Origin: Lytechinus pictus
Lineage: Eukaryota
DNA: 64,000 bases
Reading direction: 5' to 3'
Assembly: GCF_037042905.1 (NCBI RefSeq)
Contig: NC_087250.1
Coordinates: 19,284,001 to 19,348,000 of the forward strand
Below are positions 1-12,329 of this stretch, one piece after another. The position numbers were made by a program, and so were the translations under genes. The notes under the pieces are model-generated. The model was not told where the DNA came from. It made no database searches and saw only the letters and a program-made list of their open reading frames with translations. Position 1 is the stretch's first letter, and each line of letters starts with the position of its first letter.

Positions 1-959
1 CAACCAGTAAGGGTATTTTTAAAAATTTAAATATTTTAATAAGTCTACTTATCATGTAAAATTAGCAGTGAATAGATTATACTTCATGTTGATTAGATTC
101 ATAATTATGTTAATTTAAAAATTATCACAGTATTTCAAAATCTTCTTCGTCAAAATCTGTGATGTAATTTTGAGGGGTCCAGATATGATGTATTGAGTAA
201 AATTAATTTTTAAAAGTTGTCAGCTAGCCCAGCGAAAGAGTAAAACTTTCGAAATTTTTCATTTTTTTTACAAAAATAAAATTTTGTAAAAGATTTTGGG
301 TATAGTATTCGTAAAATAATCATATTTTATCCATCTCTCTTTCAGGTTCTCTTTATTTTTTTCTTGGTAATGATTTTTTTTGGGGGGAGTAGGGTTGCAG
401 AATTTCCGGGAATTTTCTTGATGGAATCTTTTCATGGGAATAAACGGGAATTTGGTGGGAATTTTTGGAATTTTCGGCAATTTTCAAGAAATGATGGGAA
501 TTTTCAAAAAGTAACAATTTTCTGATATATGCAGAAATTAAAATGCGTACTAGCAGATGATACTTGATAATTCTTTGTCATCAAATTTCGAGCCAAGTAT
601 TATGCTAAAACAGTCAGACAAAGCAAAATTTTAATGATTTCCATGTAAAAGTTGATTTACTGTATTTACATTGATTAGGAGCTCAAGACCATGTCAACTC
701 CTCAGATAGACTTTTGATTTTGATTTATCAACGCCTATTATCCCCTTATATATTGATATGATGAACGGCCTTAAAGCACAAATCACACCAAGACGCTTTC
801 TTCAAAGTGGCAGCCTGCGAATACTTTGAACGAAATTGACCAGCCTCGAAATTAGAGTTTCGGGAATTTATTTGAGCCCAAAAAAGTCTGATAAGATTTT
901 TGTAGGTCTTATTTCGATGCCATGTATAACGTAATAAGATGGTGCTTATCATTTAGCAT

Positions 960-1920
960 ATTTATGTTCAGCATCCTCAAATAAGGGACAAGGAAATAAA
1001 ATAAACATATTATTTTATCAAAATTTTTACTTTTAAGGGACCATTGGCAACATTGATATTTATCATTATGTTCAAGCATTACCAAATCAACATATCGTAA
1101 GAAATCATGCATAACACTTAATGTGATTTTAAAATTAAAAGAGTAGGTCAAACCTTACGCATATTAAGTTAATTTTATTGTATTTTCCACCTGTCCATTA
1201 TCTTGTCAGCCATGTTATTTTTTGGTTAATTAAATGTTATTTTATTGCCATGGTAATGCCTTAAGATGTTATTTATACATTAAACAACAGAGACGTACGT
1301 GTATGTTTGGCACCCTAAATTTAGTAGAATTGAATGAAAAATAAGATTCTACAAGGTATTTTTTATCAAAGATGGTATTTTAGGGGGAATAAAATGACCC
1401 GTTGCCATGGGAACAGAACACACATTTGTAAACATTGATATCAATAAATTCAAGCATATTAAGTTAATTTTATTGTATTTTCCACCTGTCCATTATCTTG
1501 TCAGCCATGTTATTTTTTGGGTAAATTATATGTTATTTTATTGCCATGGTAATGCCTTAAGATGTTATTTATACATTAACCAACAGAGATGTACGTGTAT
1601 GTTTGGCACCCTAAACTTAGTAGAATTGAATGAAAAACAAGATTCTACAAGGTATCTTTTATCAAAGATGGTATTTTAGGGGGAATAAAATGACCCGTTG
1701 CCATGGGAACAGAACACACATTTGTAAACATTGATATCAATAAATTCAAGCATTACCAAGGCAACATCAGTTTTTATCATGCTAATGAACTCATGCGGAA
1801 CACTTACTGTATTTTTTGTTCAAAACTTAATGACTGGTCAAAGTCAAACCTTATGTAGATTAAGTAAATCTTTACTTTACATTCCACCTGTCCATTATCA
1901 TTACAACTGTTTCGTTGAAC
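960..1920. repeat. Tandem repeat array with GTTGCCATGG(C/G/T)AA motifs, including a near-exact ~297-bp duplication
   Basis: CATATTAAGTTAATTTTATTGTATTTTCCACCTGTCCATTATCTTGTCAGCCATG recurs at ~1160 and ~1457; more diverged units flank it. Confidence 0.8.
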
Positions 1921-3539
1921 AAGTATTTTTTCATATGTATTTATTTTGGTTTAGTTCAGAAGGCATAATTTGAAGACACCTTAGAAATTTATGTTGACTG
2001 CAAAATTGGCCTGTTAAAATTAGGCAGTTATCTACATGTGCAGCGAGCATGTTTGGAGCTGTTTCGCTGTAGTTTTTTTAGGAAAATGAGACCGTGAGGT
2101 TTCATTTCTGACTTTTCGAGTTATTGGTACTTTCCGCCAAGAAAGTGAGTAAAGTATGAGTTAAACAAGATCCATTTATGTAATGTACAAATGTGAAAAT
2201 TTGGAACGGAAAGTGTATGAGTCAAGTGAAAGTTTTACGCATGTATAAAGCGCCCATTGCAAGCGGCTAGGTTCAATGCTTGTATTTTCTTTTAGTGCGG
2301 TAATGGCAAAAGACAAAAAAAGATTGAAAGTCAAAAAGTTATAAGATACACTTTCTATTCTGAATCTGCACATTTAGTTTATAAACTAAAGGTTATGATA
2401 CATGTAAAATGATAAACAGAAGCAAGATAATGTATTTGTTTTAAACTAGTCTGTAAATTATAAACAGACATAAGCCCAAGAAGTAATTTGTTTTTAAACA
2501 GAAAATGAGATGAACATTTTCAGGCATTGTGTTAGATGAAGAGTATGCATGAGAATAACAAACAAAATTCCCATGCTTCGTAAAAATAGTGAGATTACAG
2601 TTTAAAAGCAAGAGTCGATATTAATATTGAAGATAACACGTGTGTTCTTGCTCAATATCTAGGTTCAGAATTTGTGAGAAATACACTTTTTGAATTAGTT
2701 GATTTTTTAATAATAGATATTGTTAAAACCAAAAGTAAGGTTTTGTGAATGTAAAGGATTTCCAAATTTAGGAAAAACAGAATTATGTCAGAAAAAGGAT
2801 AAATTATGCACCAAGCATTAGAATGTTGTGTTTTTATAAGTGCAAACTGCACAGATAAGAAAATGCAAATATTAGTCTTCTTTCAGACGTTTAGATTTGT
2901 CTTTGGCAGATTTTGAATGCAACAAATATGCATCATTTTTGTAATTGCTTCAGTCATTTTTGACTATGAATAATTGATGCCAGTTGGCTCATGTTTACGG
3001 TAGGCATTTGAGATTCAATGTTAAGCATTGTTATATTTGAGGTGTTTGTTTACTCATGATGTCACAAGTAGGATATTTGGAGTTCTCAGATTGAGAAATT
3101 TAACTAAAACTCTAACTGAAACAAGTTAAACAAGGAAGACACCTGTTCAGATATAGAGGATTATTTTTACCAGCAATATTCAATTTATTTGTCAAGTAAT
3201 TAATGCAAACATGACATCATGAAAGTAAAAGCAAAGACTTCAGATCTTTTATAAACAATTTGATTCAGACTGTAAAGTCAAATATGCATTTGGTTCATGA
3301 CAATTTAGGAAGTTATGTAAACCACGTAACATTCAGTGATACATTTATGGTCTTGAAACTGAGGATGTTTTTCCCTCTTTTTCTTTTAACTCCATAGATT
3401 GAATAAAACACAGTTACATCGGTTCTTCGGAGGCCAGCTCAGTTGACCGTTGTATACTTATACAATCCCAAGCGGAATTTGCCACCTGTAATCGTTCCTT
3501 TTCGTCAACGATCCAACAACTGTGTTAGTTTGTTTTAAA

Positions 3540-5178
3540 AATTATATCTTAATTGGTTGCCATGACAATGGCTGAAGATGTTATTTATTTATTAACAGCA
3601 AGCATATATATGCTTAGCTCACTAAAATTGGGGCAAATGAAATAAAAATCAGATTTTACAATTTTTTTGTTTATCAAACATGATACTTTTCTGGGGGGAA
3701 TGAGCTGTTGCCATGGCAATGGGACATTTGAAACACTAATATTTATCATTAAATTCAAGTATTACCAAGGCAACATAATTTTATTATTCTGATGAACTCA
3801 TACAGAACTCTTACTGAAATTTTTGTTCGAAATTAAATGACCGGCCAAACCTTTCGTATATTGAGTTATTTGTATTTGTATTTTCCACCTGTCCAAAATC
3901 TTGTCATCCAAATCATTATTTTTTAGTATTAGATATTATCTGGTTGCCATGGCAATAGCTTCAGATGTTATTTATACATTTTGCATCAAACATATCGATG
4001 TTTAGCACACAAAGATTAGGGGAAATGCAAGAAAAATCAGATTCTACAGTCCCTTTTTTAATCAAAACTGATACTAAATGATCTGTTGCTATGGCAACAG
4101 GCCATTTTGAATATTGATATTTATTGTTGAATTCAAGTATTACCAAGGCAACATCAATGTTTATCATTCTAATTTAGTTCATGCAGAACACTGACTGTAT
4201 TATTGTCCCCTAAATTAATTGAGTAGGTCAGACCTTACGAATGCACATTAAGTTAATATTCATTGTATCTTTCACCTGTTTTTAACCTTATCATCCACTT
4301 CTTAAAAAAAATTGATGTTATTTGGTTGCCATGGCAATGGCTTAAGATGTTATATTTATAAAATTTAGTCACAAACATATCTCGATTAGTACCTTGAAAT
4401 TAGGGAAAATGGAATGATGATCTTACTGTACATGTATTTTACATTTTTATCAATATTTTTACCTTTCTAGAGGGAAATAAGATGTTGCCATGGCAACGGG
4501 TCCTTTGCAAAATTGTTTATTTTTAAATTTAATTCAAGCTTTACCAAGGCAACATTAATTTTTATCTTTATAAAGAACTCCTGCAGAACACTTCCTGTAT
4601 TTTTTGTTCAAATGAGGGGGTCAAATCTTAAGCATACAGATTAAGTTAATTCCACTTGTATTTTCCACCTGTCCAATGTCTTGTCAAACATGTTATTTTT
4701 GTAAATTAGATGTTATTTGGTTGCCATGGCAATGGCTTGAGATGTAATTTACACATTTAGCAACCAAAATATCTTCGATAAGCACTGTAAAGTTAGGGGA
4801 AATTAAAGATAAATCATATTCTACAACGTTTTTTTTAATCAAATTTGTTACTTTTTTGGGGAAAAACAAGCCGTTGCCATGGTAACGGACCAATTGGAAC
4901 TATCTTGATGATCTTGAATATTTCTAAATTTCATATGCATTCAATTGGGAGCCTGAAAATTATCATTTTGGTCATCTATATCATGTTTATTTACCATTTA
5001 CATGGGAATGGATGTTATTTTGGAGAAATTAATCCGTTGCCATGGCAACGGCCGAAAATGGCATTTATAAATTTACCTCCCATCTTTAAAATAAATCTTA
5101 CGGCATATACTAATACTTGTGAAAGTTTCATGCTTTAGTCAAAATTTGCACAATTGTTCGGCTAATCCGCTCTACTAA
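3540..5178. repeat. Diverged ~390-bp tandem units of the same family, probably the interior and end of a non-autonomous element
   Basis: TTTTCCACCTGTCCA, GTTGCCATGGCAA and TTACCAAGGCAACAT motifs recur at ~390-bp spacing; the array ends where homology to copy 2 begins (~5179). Confidence 0.7.
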
Positions 5179-5234
5179 TATGAAAACAGTGGGTTCAACC
5201 GATGGTTTTCAAAACTACCTTTGTGAATTTGGAC

Positions 5235-5398
5235 CATTGGGTTTCTTCACTGAATGGATTTGTTCATGTTTTTACTGATGACAAAATGCCCTGCCATATT
5301 GTTACTGTTAGGGCTTCTCAACTGTATGAAATTGCATACGACTTTTGAGATTGCTTCCAAGATGAAAAAAAAGCTTCACCGCACATGCAATGGGCTTC
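5235..5398 (-). pseudogene. Decayed C2H2 finger repeats downstream of the stop codon, copy 1
   Basis: Minus strand reads EKP..CGEAFF / SNLKSRMQFHTVEKP*Q*QYGRAFCHQ*KHEQIHSVKKP. Confidence 0.75.
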
Positions 5399-6597
5399 TC
5401 ACTTGTGCTTACTTGTAATGTGGCCTTTGAGAGAGCTACAGTGACGAAATGCCTCATCACAAAAATGACATTCATAGGGCTTTTCACCGGTATGGATTCG
5501 TTTATGAATTTTTAGATTACACGCATAATTAAATGACTTACCACAATAAATACATACATAGGGTTTGTCAGAATCATGAATTCTTTTATGTGCTTTGAGA
5601 TGATCAGCTCTATAAAATGCCTTACCACATTGATCACAGAGATAATTTTTCTCACCTGTATGGTTTCGTTCATGTATACTAAGATTTAGCATTTGATTAA
5701 ATGCCTTACCGCAGTGAACACATACAAAGCGCTTCTCATTTGCATGACCTTGTTTATGTCTACTGAAAGTAGTTTCTTCACTAAATGCCCTACCACATCG
5801 ATCACATACATAGGGTTTCTCACCTGTATGGATTCGTTTATGTCTTGCGAGATTACCCTTCCCATTAAATGCCTTACCACACTGATCACATACATAGGGC
5901 TTCTCACCTGTATGGATCCGTTTATGTGCTTCGAGAGAAGAGGAAGTACATAAGGCCTTATTACAATAATCACAAACAAAGGCCTTACCACTAGTATGAT
6001 ATAGTTTATGTGCGCGGAGAAGACTTGGTAGAATAAATGCCTTACCACAATGATCACATACATAGGGTTTCTCAACTGTAGGAATTCTTTTACATCTATG
6101 TGCTTTAAGAGCGGAAGCAAAATGGAAAGTCTTATCACAATAATCGCAAACATGCACTTCATAATGGATTTGTGCATGGGCTTTGAGAGCACTTGCTTCA
6201 TAGAATGCTTTGTCACAATAATAACAAACATAGCGCTGATCACCTGTATGAATTCTTTCACCTGCTATGGCATCCCCAACTTGATGATTAATTACCTTCT
6301 CACATTGTCTGGAGAAGTAAGAATTCTGTTTTTGCTTTTCACTCGATTTCCTAAGATATATTACATATTTAGTCTTCCTTCCTATTTTTGCACTTCCTGT
6401 TTCATCATGTGAAGGCTCTTTGGGTTTATCAAAAGGGTTTTGTATTTCTCCATTGATGATCTGCAGAAAACGTGAATGGGATAAATCTGGTACCAGAATA
6501 CCACCATTATGACCATGTTTGTACTTGAGATGCCTTGCTAAGATAAGAGGAATAGCATAGGGTGATCCACAGTACTTGCATCTGCAAATTCCAGAAC
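5399..6597 (-). CDS. Last coding exon of aKRAB-C2H2 gene copy 1: isolated finger, spacer and 10-finger array
   Basis: Acceptor tatctttgtttctttaacattAG|GT at 6598/6597 (phase 1). The frame is open from GSGICRCKYCGSPYAIPLILARHLKYKH into ORF 5399..6157, with HTGEKPY linkers and TGA at 5399-5401. Confidence 0.92.
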
Positions 6598-6769
6598 CTA
6601 ATGTTAAAGAAACAAAGATATATCTAGTGTTATAAATATTGGAATTGATTAAACTGGTAAGTAATGTGGAAGCCTAAAATAAATTCCAGACATTAGTGTT
6701 ATGGGGGCCTCAAGAGCATATTCAGGATATTGACCAAAAGAAGAGTAAGTACAGTGTCTGAGCTGCCAG

Positions 6770-6835
6770 ACGAGTTTGAGGTGAAGGTAGGTGTACATCA
6801 AGGTTCTGTACTGTCACTATTGCTAATTGGAATTA
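6770..6835 (+). mobile_element. Old non-LTR reverse transcriptase fragment in the intron (also ~31612-31677)
   Basis: Translates to DEFEVKVGVHQGSVLSLLL; copy 2 gives EFEVKVGVPQGSVLSPLL, the LINE RT QG.LSP motif. Confidence 0.65.
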
Positions 6836-7189
6836 ATGTTTGAGAGGCACAAAAATATTTTTGTTAGTGGAATATGTCATGCAGTGTGAACCCTTCAATT
6901 TTTTTGCTTGTCAATTTTTTCTTTGGACAAAATTACATTAATTTGGTGGTGAAAACCCTTTTTTTTTGCTTGTCAAAATTTTCCTGGAACAAATGACCTC
7001 AATTTGGCAGTGAAACCCTTTTTTGTGGGGGGGTGGGTCAAATTTGGTAGTGAAAACATTTTCTCTGTCAAAATTTTCTGAAAAAGCCCCCCCTTTGGAA
7101 AATCCTGTATCCACTCCGCCCCTACATACACCTTATTAAAACATTACCATATTGAAAGCTTTTTAGCTAAATTTACCTCAATATATGTA

Positions 7190-7932
7190 CAGTCCGACCT
7201 CTCTTTTCCGGACACGTTGGGACCAGCACCAATCTGGATAAGGGATTTATCCGGATCTGGGAGACCCAATATTAAATACGCGCAGCTGCCTCACAAATGG
7301 TAGCTACACGTAATCTATTGTAGTGGGCCTACAGACAGTATTTCACTGCTGTCAGTACAAATAATGGGCTTTTTTTTTGTGGAAATGAAATCGAGTGGTT
7401 GCCTAAACTCTTGGATGATTTACCTGCTGAAATGATAGAGGAATACATTGAGCATACCGTGAAAGAAAGAAAATTACTTGATGAAAGTAAGAGTCTAATG
7501 TAAAAAATTGGATCATCTTCGCAAATTTAGCCATTGTTACACTAACTGTATGCTCAAACATGATAGATGGCGCTGTCCTAATACTAATGAAAGACTAGGC
7601 AGGAGCATGGACAGACATTTCTGTGGGCCTGGGCGTGTTAGCGAGACGTGCATTGTTTTGTAAACAATAAAAAGAAAACGTGATGAAATAACAAAATGCT
7701 TGTATTCTTTCGGTGATTTGGGCAAGATATTTTCATAAAAAGTAATGATGTTGCAGATATAGACTATATTGGAAAATGCATGTAATCAAAGTGAATTTGC
7801 GTAGAAATTTTAGATTGAAATCCCTATTCCCCACGTACTAGATTAAAACAAAAACAAAAAATCTCTGCAACTTTGCATCCAGAAAATATAGAGATCTAGA
7901 TAAGGGGAGGCCAGATAAGAGAGGTCGGATTG
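7190..7932. mobile_element. Tc1/mariner (pogo/Tigger-like) MITE
   Basis: TA-CAGTCCGACCTCTCTTTTCCGG ... CCAGATAAGAGAGGTCGGATTG-TA; imperfect TIRs and TA TSD. Confidence 0.8.
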
Positions 7933-8040
7933 TACATCAAAACTTCACTGCGGGCAAAGGATAATTACAGTCAAAAAGTCCATCCAGTATTCAAAGTCCT
8001 TCCTATCATACAGCTCCATTTCATTTTAAATCATCTTTAC

Positions 8041-8346
8041 CTGCAAGATTTCCACCCTGTCCAGTTACTTGTCCTTTGTCATCCAAATAAGTTGCCTGGG
8101 ACTGCTTGGGGGTTTGGTCAGTTCCTTGAGCTCCCTCTGTTAGTTTGGTCTTCTGATCACATGACTGGGTGTTGAGATCACCTGATTGACTACCCTGATC
8201 ACCTGATGATGTTGGATTGGTTTGTAATGGGATGGATTTATCAAAGTCTGTTGATTCAAGGAGATTACCATTTCCCAAGTCCTTTAGGATCGGTTTCTTT
8301 TCACTTTGCTGAGGCTGCAAAAGCTCTGATGGACGGACATCTAATC
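8041..8346 (-). CDS. Middle coding exon, copy 1 (end of aKRAB plus low-complexity linker)
   Basis: Acceptor cttcactcttcttttgaaaatAG|GA and donor GCAG|GTAAAG; 306 nt, phase 1-1, matching both neighbours. Begins GLDVRPSELL, like the PRDM9 GLRA(T/P)RPAFM segment. Confidence 0.88.
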
Positions 8347-8600
8347 CTATTTTCAAAAGAAGAGTGAAGGTTGGGAGATGTCTCAAGAACTTTTCAGTAA
8401 AAGAAAAAAAAAAGAAGGATCTTGTAGGTAACTATTTTTGCTACCTGCAGGTTGCCCACATTGACAGTCTCTAGCATGCATCTCACATGCAGCTTATAGT
8501 TTATTTTTTTCTTTACGTAGTACATAGTATATGATAGTAATAACATCCTGATCATTATTAAAGGACAAGTCCACGCAAACGAGAAGTTGATTTGAATAAA

Positions 8601-9767
8601 AACAAGAGTGTCACTAAGGCGAGCACATAATACGCCCGTCTGTAATGCGGAAAATGGAGCTATTGGTCAAGCAAGCAAAGTGGAAGATGGCAACTTCACC
8701 TTTGACCTTCTGACCTCAAAATCAATATAATTGTTAGGATCTATGCTAGTATCATACACACCAAACTATATGAGCCCAGGTTAAGTTCAACTAAAGTTAT
8801 CTTGTGAACAAGGACTGCAGAAGGGTAAGATGAAAACATGTCACTGTGATCTTGACCTTTTGACCTCAAAACCAATAGGCTTGCTGGGATCCATGCTAGT
8901 ATCATACACACCAAATTATATAAGCCTAGGTTAAGTTCAACTGAAGTTATCGCGTTTACAAGGACTGCAGAAGGGTACAATGAAATACGTCACTGTGACC
9001 TTGACCTTTGACCTCAAAAATCAATAGGCTTCCTGGGATCCATGCTAGTATCATACAAACCAAATTATATGAGCCTAGGTTAAGTTCAACTAAATTTATC
9101 ACGTTTACAAGGACTGCAGAAAGGTACGATGAAAATACGTCACTGTGACCTTGACCTTTGACCTCAAAAATCAATAGGCTTCCTGGGATCCATGCTAGTA
9201 TCATACACACCAAATTATATGAGTATAGGCTAAGTTCAACTTTAGTTATCGCATTTACAAGGACTGCAGAAGGGTACGATGAAAATACGTCACTGTGACC
9301 TTGAAATTTGACCTTTTGACCTCAAAATCAATAGTCTTCCTGGGATCTATGCTAGTATTATACACACCAAATTATATGAGCCTAGGTTAAGTTCAACTAA
9401 AGTTATCACGTTTACAAGGACTGCAGAAGGGTACAATGAAAATATGTCACTGTGACATTTGACCTTTTGACCTCAAAATCAATAGGCTTCCTGAGATCCA
9501 TGCTAGTATCATACACACCAAATTATATGAGTCTAGGTTAAGTTAAACTTAAGTTATTGCTATTACAAGGACTGCAGAAGGGTACGATGAAAATGGGTCA
9601 CTGTAACCATGACCTTTGAACTTTTGACCTCAAAATCGATAGGCTTCTTGAGATCTATGCTAGTATCATACAAACCAAATCATATGAGCCTAGGTCAAGT
9701 TAAACTGAAGTTATCGCGTTTACAAGGAAAAGTTAACGGACGGACACCGAGCGTGATACCATAATAC
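8601..9767 (+). mobile_element. Helentron-associated (HINE/DINE-1-like) element, family B, with ~120-bp internal tandem repeats; 3' end deleted
   Basis: Starts AACAAGAGTGTCACTAAGG with subterminal ATACGCCCGTC, about 8 GACCTTTGACC-containing units and (GGAC)n. The terminal hairpin seen in copy 2 (~45822-45850) is missing. Confidence 0.7.
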
Positions 9768-9981
9768 TCATAACTCAATCACAAATACAATAGACAAATG
9801 ACCTACTTGTTCACGCATGAGTGAGCAAAAACAATTTGAAGAGGGGATACCAAACAGTCACTTGGCGTGGCGGGCTGTATCTGGGTTTCAAAACGAAAAC
9901 CACATTTTTAAAAAGTTCAATATCTGCTCTTAAATTTGATACCTCAATTACAGAAATTGGTCAAGAAATGACAAAGTTCTG

Positions 9982-12010
9982 GGGCGGTATTCTGAAAACG
10001 TTCTTATCTTAAGTTTGTTCTTATCTACGTCACGATCTCAAATTGGTATTCTGAAAACGTTCTTATCTTTTGTTCTTATCTTGCTAAACATCCTATGCTG
10101 AGCGCGTAAATGTATTACTCGCGCATATAATACAAAAGCGCGCTAAAAAGATAAGAACAAAATGAAGATAAGTGGTATTCTGAAAACGTTCTTATCATTT
10201 CTCTTTCTTATCTTTCACGATATTTATGATAATATTTAAGATAGCTAGAGGGTTATCACATCTCACGATGTCCGCGTTCTTTCTTGCTCAAACTCGATGG
10301 TCACTAGTAGTAAGAAGTACCCACAAGTATTCCTCCCACCCTTTCTTTCATTCACCCTTTATTTTGCCCGTCTCTTTTTTCTATCCCTTTTTTCTTTATT
10401 TATTTTCTCTTTTTCTTCCTTTCTATTTGTCTGTCTTTCTTCCTTTCTATGTGTCTGTCATTCTTCCTTTCTTTCATTCTTCATTTATATCTTTTGTTTT
10501 ATTCTTTTTGAATTTTTTAATTTCTTTTGCTTTGTTTCATTTATTCTTCATCTCTCTTCCTTTTTTATTTTCCCTTTGTGCTTTTTTTTCTTTGCCCTTT
10601 TCTCTCATCCTTTCCTTTTCTTTTTGTTTTCATTTTTCTTTCTACCTTCACTTTTTTGTTATCTTTTTATTTCTTTCTTATTTTTTTCTTTTGTCTTTAT
10701 ATATGCTTTTCCTTTTTTCCCCTTTTTCTTACTTTCTTCTATCCCTTAATTATTTTTTTTCTTTCTTTTCTTTTTTTTCTTTTTATTTTTGGATTCCTTT
10801 TCCTGTTTTCGTTCGTTCGTTTGTTCTTTCTTTCATTTTGTTTATTTCTGCTTCCTGACACTCTTGTGTCTTATTTACTTTCTTTCTTCTATTTTATTCT
10901 TTATTTCGCTCATTCTTTTTTTGTTTGTTCTTTATTTACTCTCTTTCTTTACTTTCCTCTTTGTGTCTTTCTTCTATTAATTTAAAAAAATCTTTTTCTT
11001 TATTCTTTCCATTACTATTTTTTTTTTTTTAATTCATTCTTCACTTTTCCTGACTTTTTATTTTTCCCTTTCGTTCCTTTTCTTTCTTTGAATTTACCTT
11101 TCTTTCCTTTTATCTTTCTGTAGTCTTTATTTTTTGTTTTAATTTTCCTTTTTTTTTCTCTCTAATCTTTATTTCTTGGTTTCTTTTTCCTTTTTTTCTC
11201 TTTTCCTTCAATTTTTACATTTTTTATTCCTTCTTTTTCTCTTTCTTTCTTACTGTCTTTCATTTGTTTTTTTATAACTTTTTTCTTTTCCGGTTCTTTA
11301 TTACTTCATTTTATCCTTTCTTAATCTTTTTATTTTGTCCTTTTACTTTTTTTCCTTTAAGGTTCTTTCATTTCTTTCTTTATTTTTTCTTCCTCACTTT
11401 ATCATTGATAATCGTTCTATTTCTTTTTCCTTCTTGTATTCATTCTTTTTTCTTTCTTTATTTTTTTATTTCTAAGTTGTTTTTTTTTTGCTTGCTTACT
11501 TTCGTTTACTCTTTATTTCTTTCATTATTTTCTGCTTTGTTCCTTTCATTTTTTTTTTTTTTCTGCTTCATTCTGACACTTTTCTGTCTTCTTACTTACC
11601 TACTTACTTTCTTTTATTCATATTTTATTCTTTATTCGTACCTGCTTTATTTACTTTTTTCTTTACTTTCTTTATTGTATGCACGTGTCTCGAAATAATA
11701 ATCAGTCATTGTGTATAAATTGCCTATTTCGCGCAATGCGCCAGAAACAGGGTACGCGCAGCGCTCATGATATTCTCTTGACATAATGGACGCTTCTATT
11801 GGTTAAACTGCCAATATAAAGCGCATTTTGATTGGTAATATCCTAAAAATGGGCGTGTTGAAGATGAGAAGGAGGCAGTCCTTACAAAGATAAGAACGCG
11901 TTAAGAAGATTTTCAGAATACTGATTTGCAATGATTTTAGCGTCTTCTTATCTCAATGAGATAAGATAAAAGATAAGAACAAAGATAAGAACGTTTTCAG
12001 AATACCACCC
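9982..12010. mobile_element. PIF/Harbinger-like MITE with CT-rich low-complexity interior (copy 1 only)
   Basis: TIRs GGGCGGTATTCTGAAAACGTTCTTATCTT / AAGATAAGAACGTTTTCAGAATACCACCC; 3-bp TSD CTG; empty site GTTCTGGTCA at ~46860. Confidence 0.8.
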
Positions 12011-12329
12011 CTGGTCATTTGAAATAAGGCTTGAATTTCAATAATTTCATAAAATGAAGCAGATTTACAGGCTAGCTTTCAAACTCACTCGACACTCTGC
12101 TTTGTTGACGATCAGCCATGCATTAAGTCTTTTGTTAACCATGCGACAGCTTCTGCGGGAAACTGGTGAAAACATGTTTATTTAATGAAATTATGGAAAT
12201 ACATGTACAAGCATTGTTTCGAGAGAACATAACTTTTTTACTTCTTGACCATTTTCTGTGATTAAGGTATCAAATAAAAGAGCAGATATTGAACTTTTAG
12301 GCATGCAATTTTCTCTTTGAAATTCAGAT

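Noticed and set aside
5686..6412. Overlapping alternative-frame and antisense ORFs over the finger arrays (also 30333-31254)
   Set aside because: Shadow frames of repetitive C2H2 coding sequence.
10226..11718. Long Phe/Leu/Ser-rich ORFs (also 35895-36679 and 61269-61873)
   Set aside because: They arise from CT-rich low-complexity DNA inside mobile elements.
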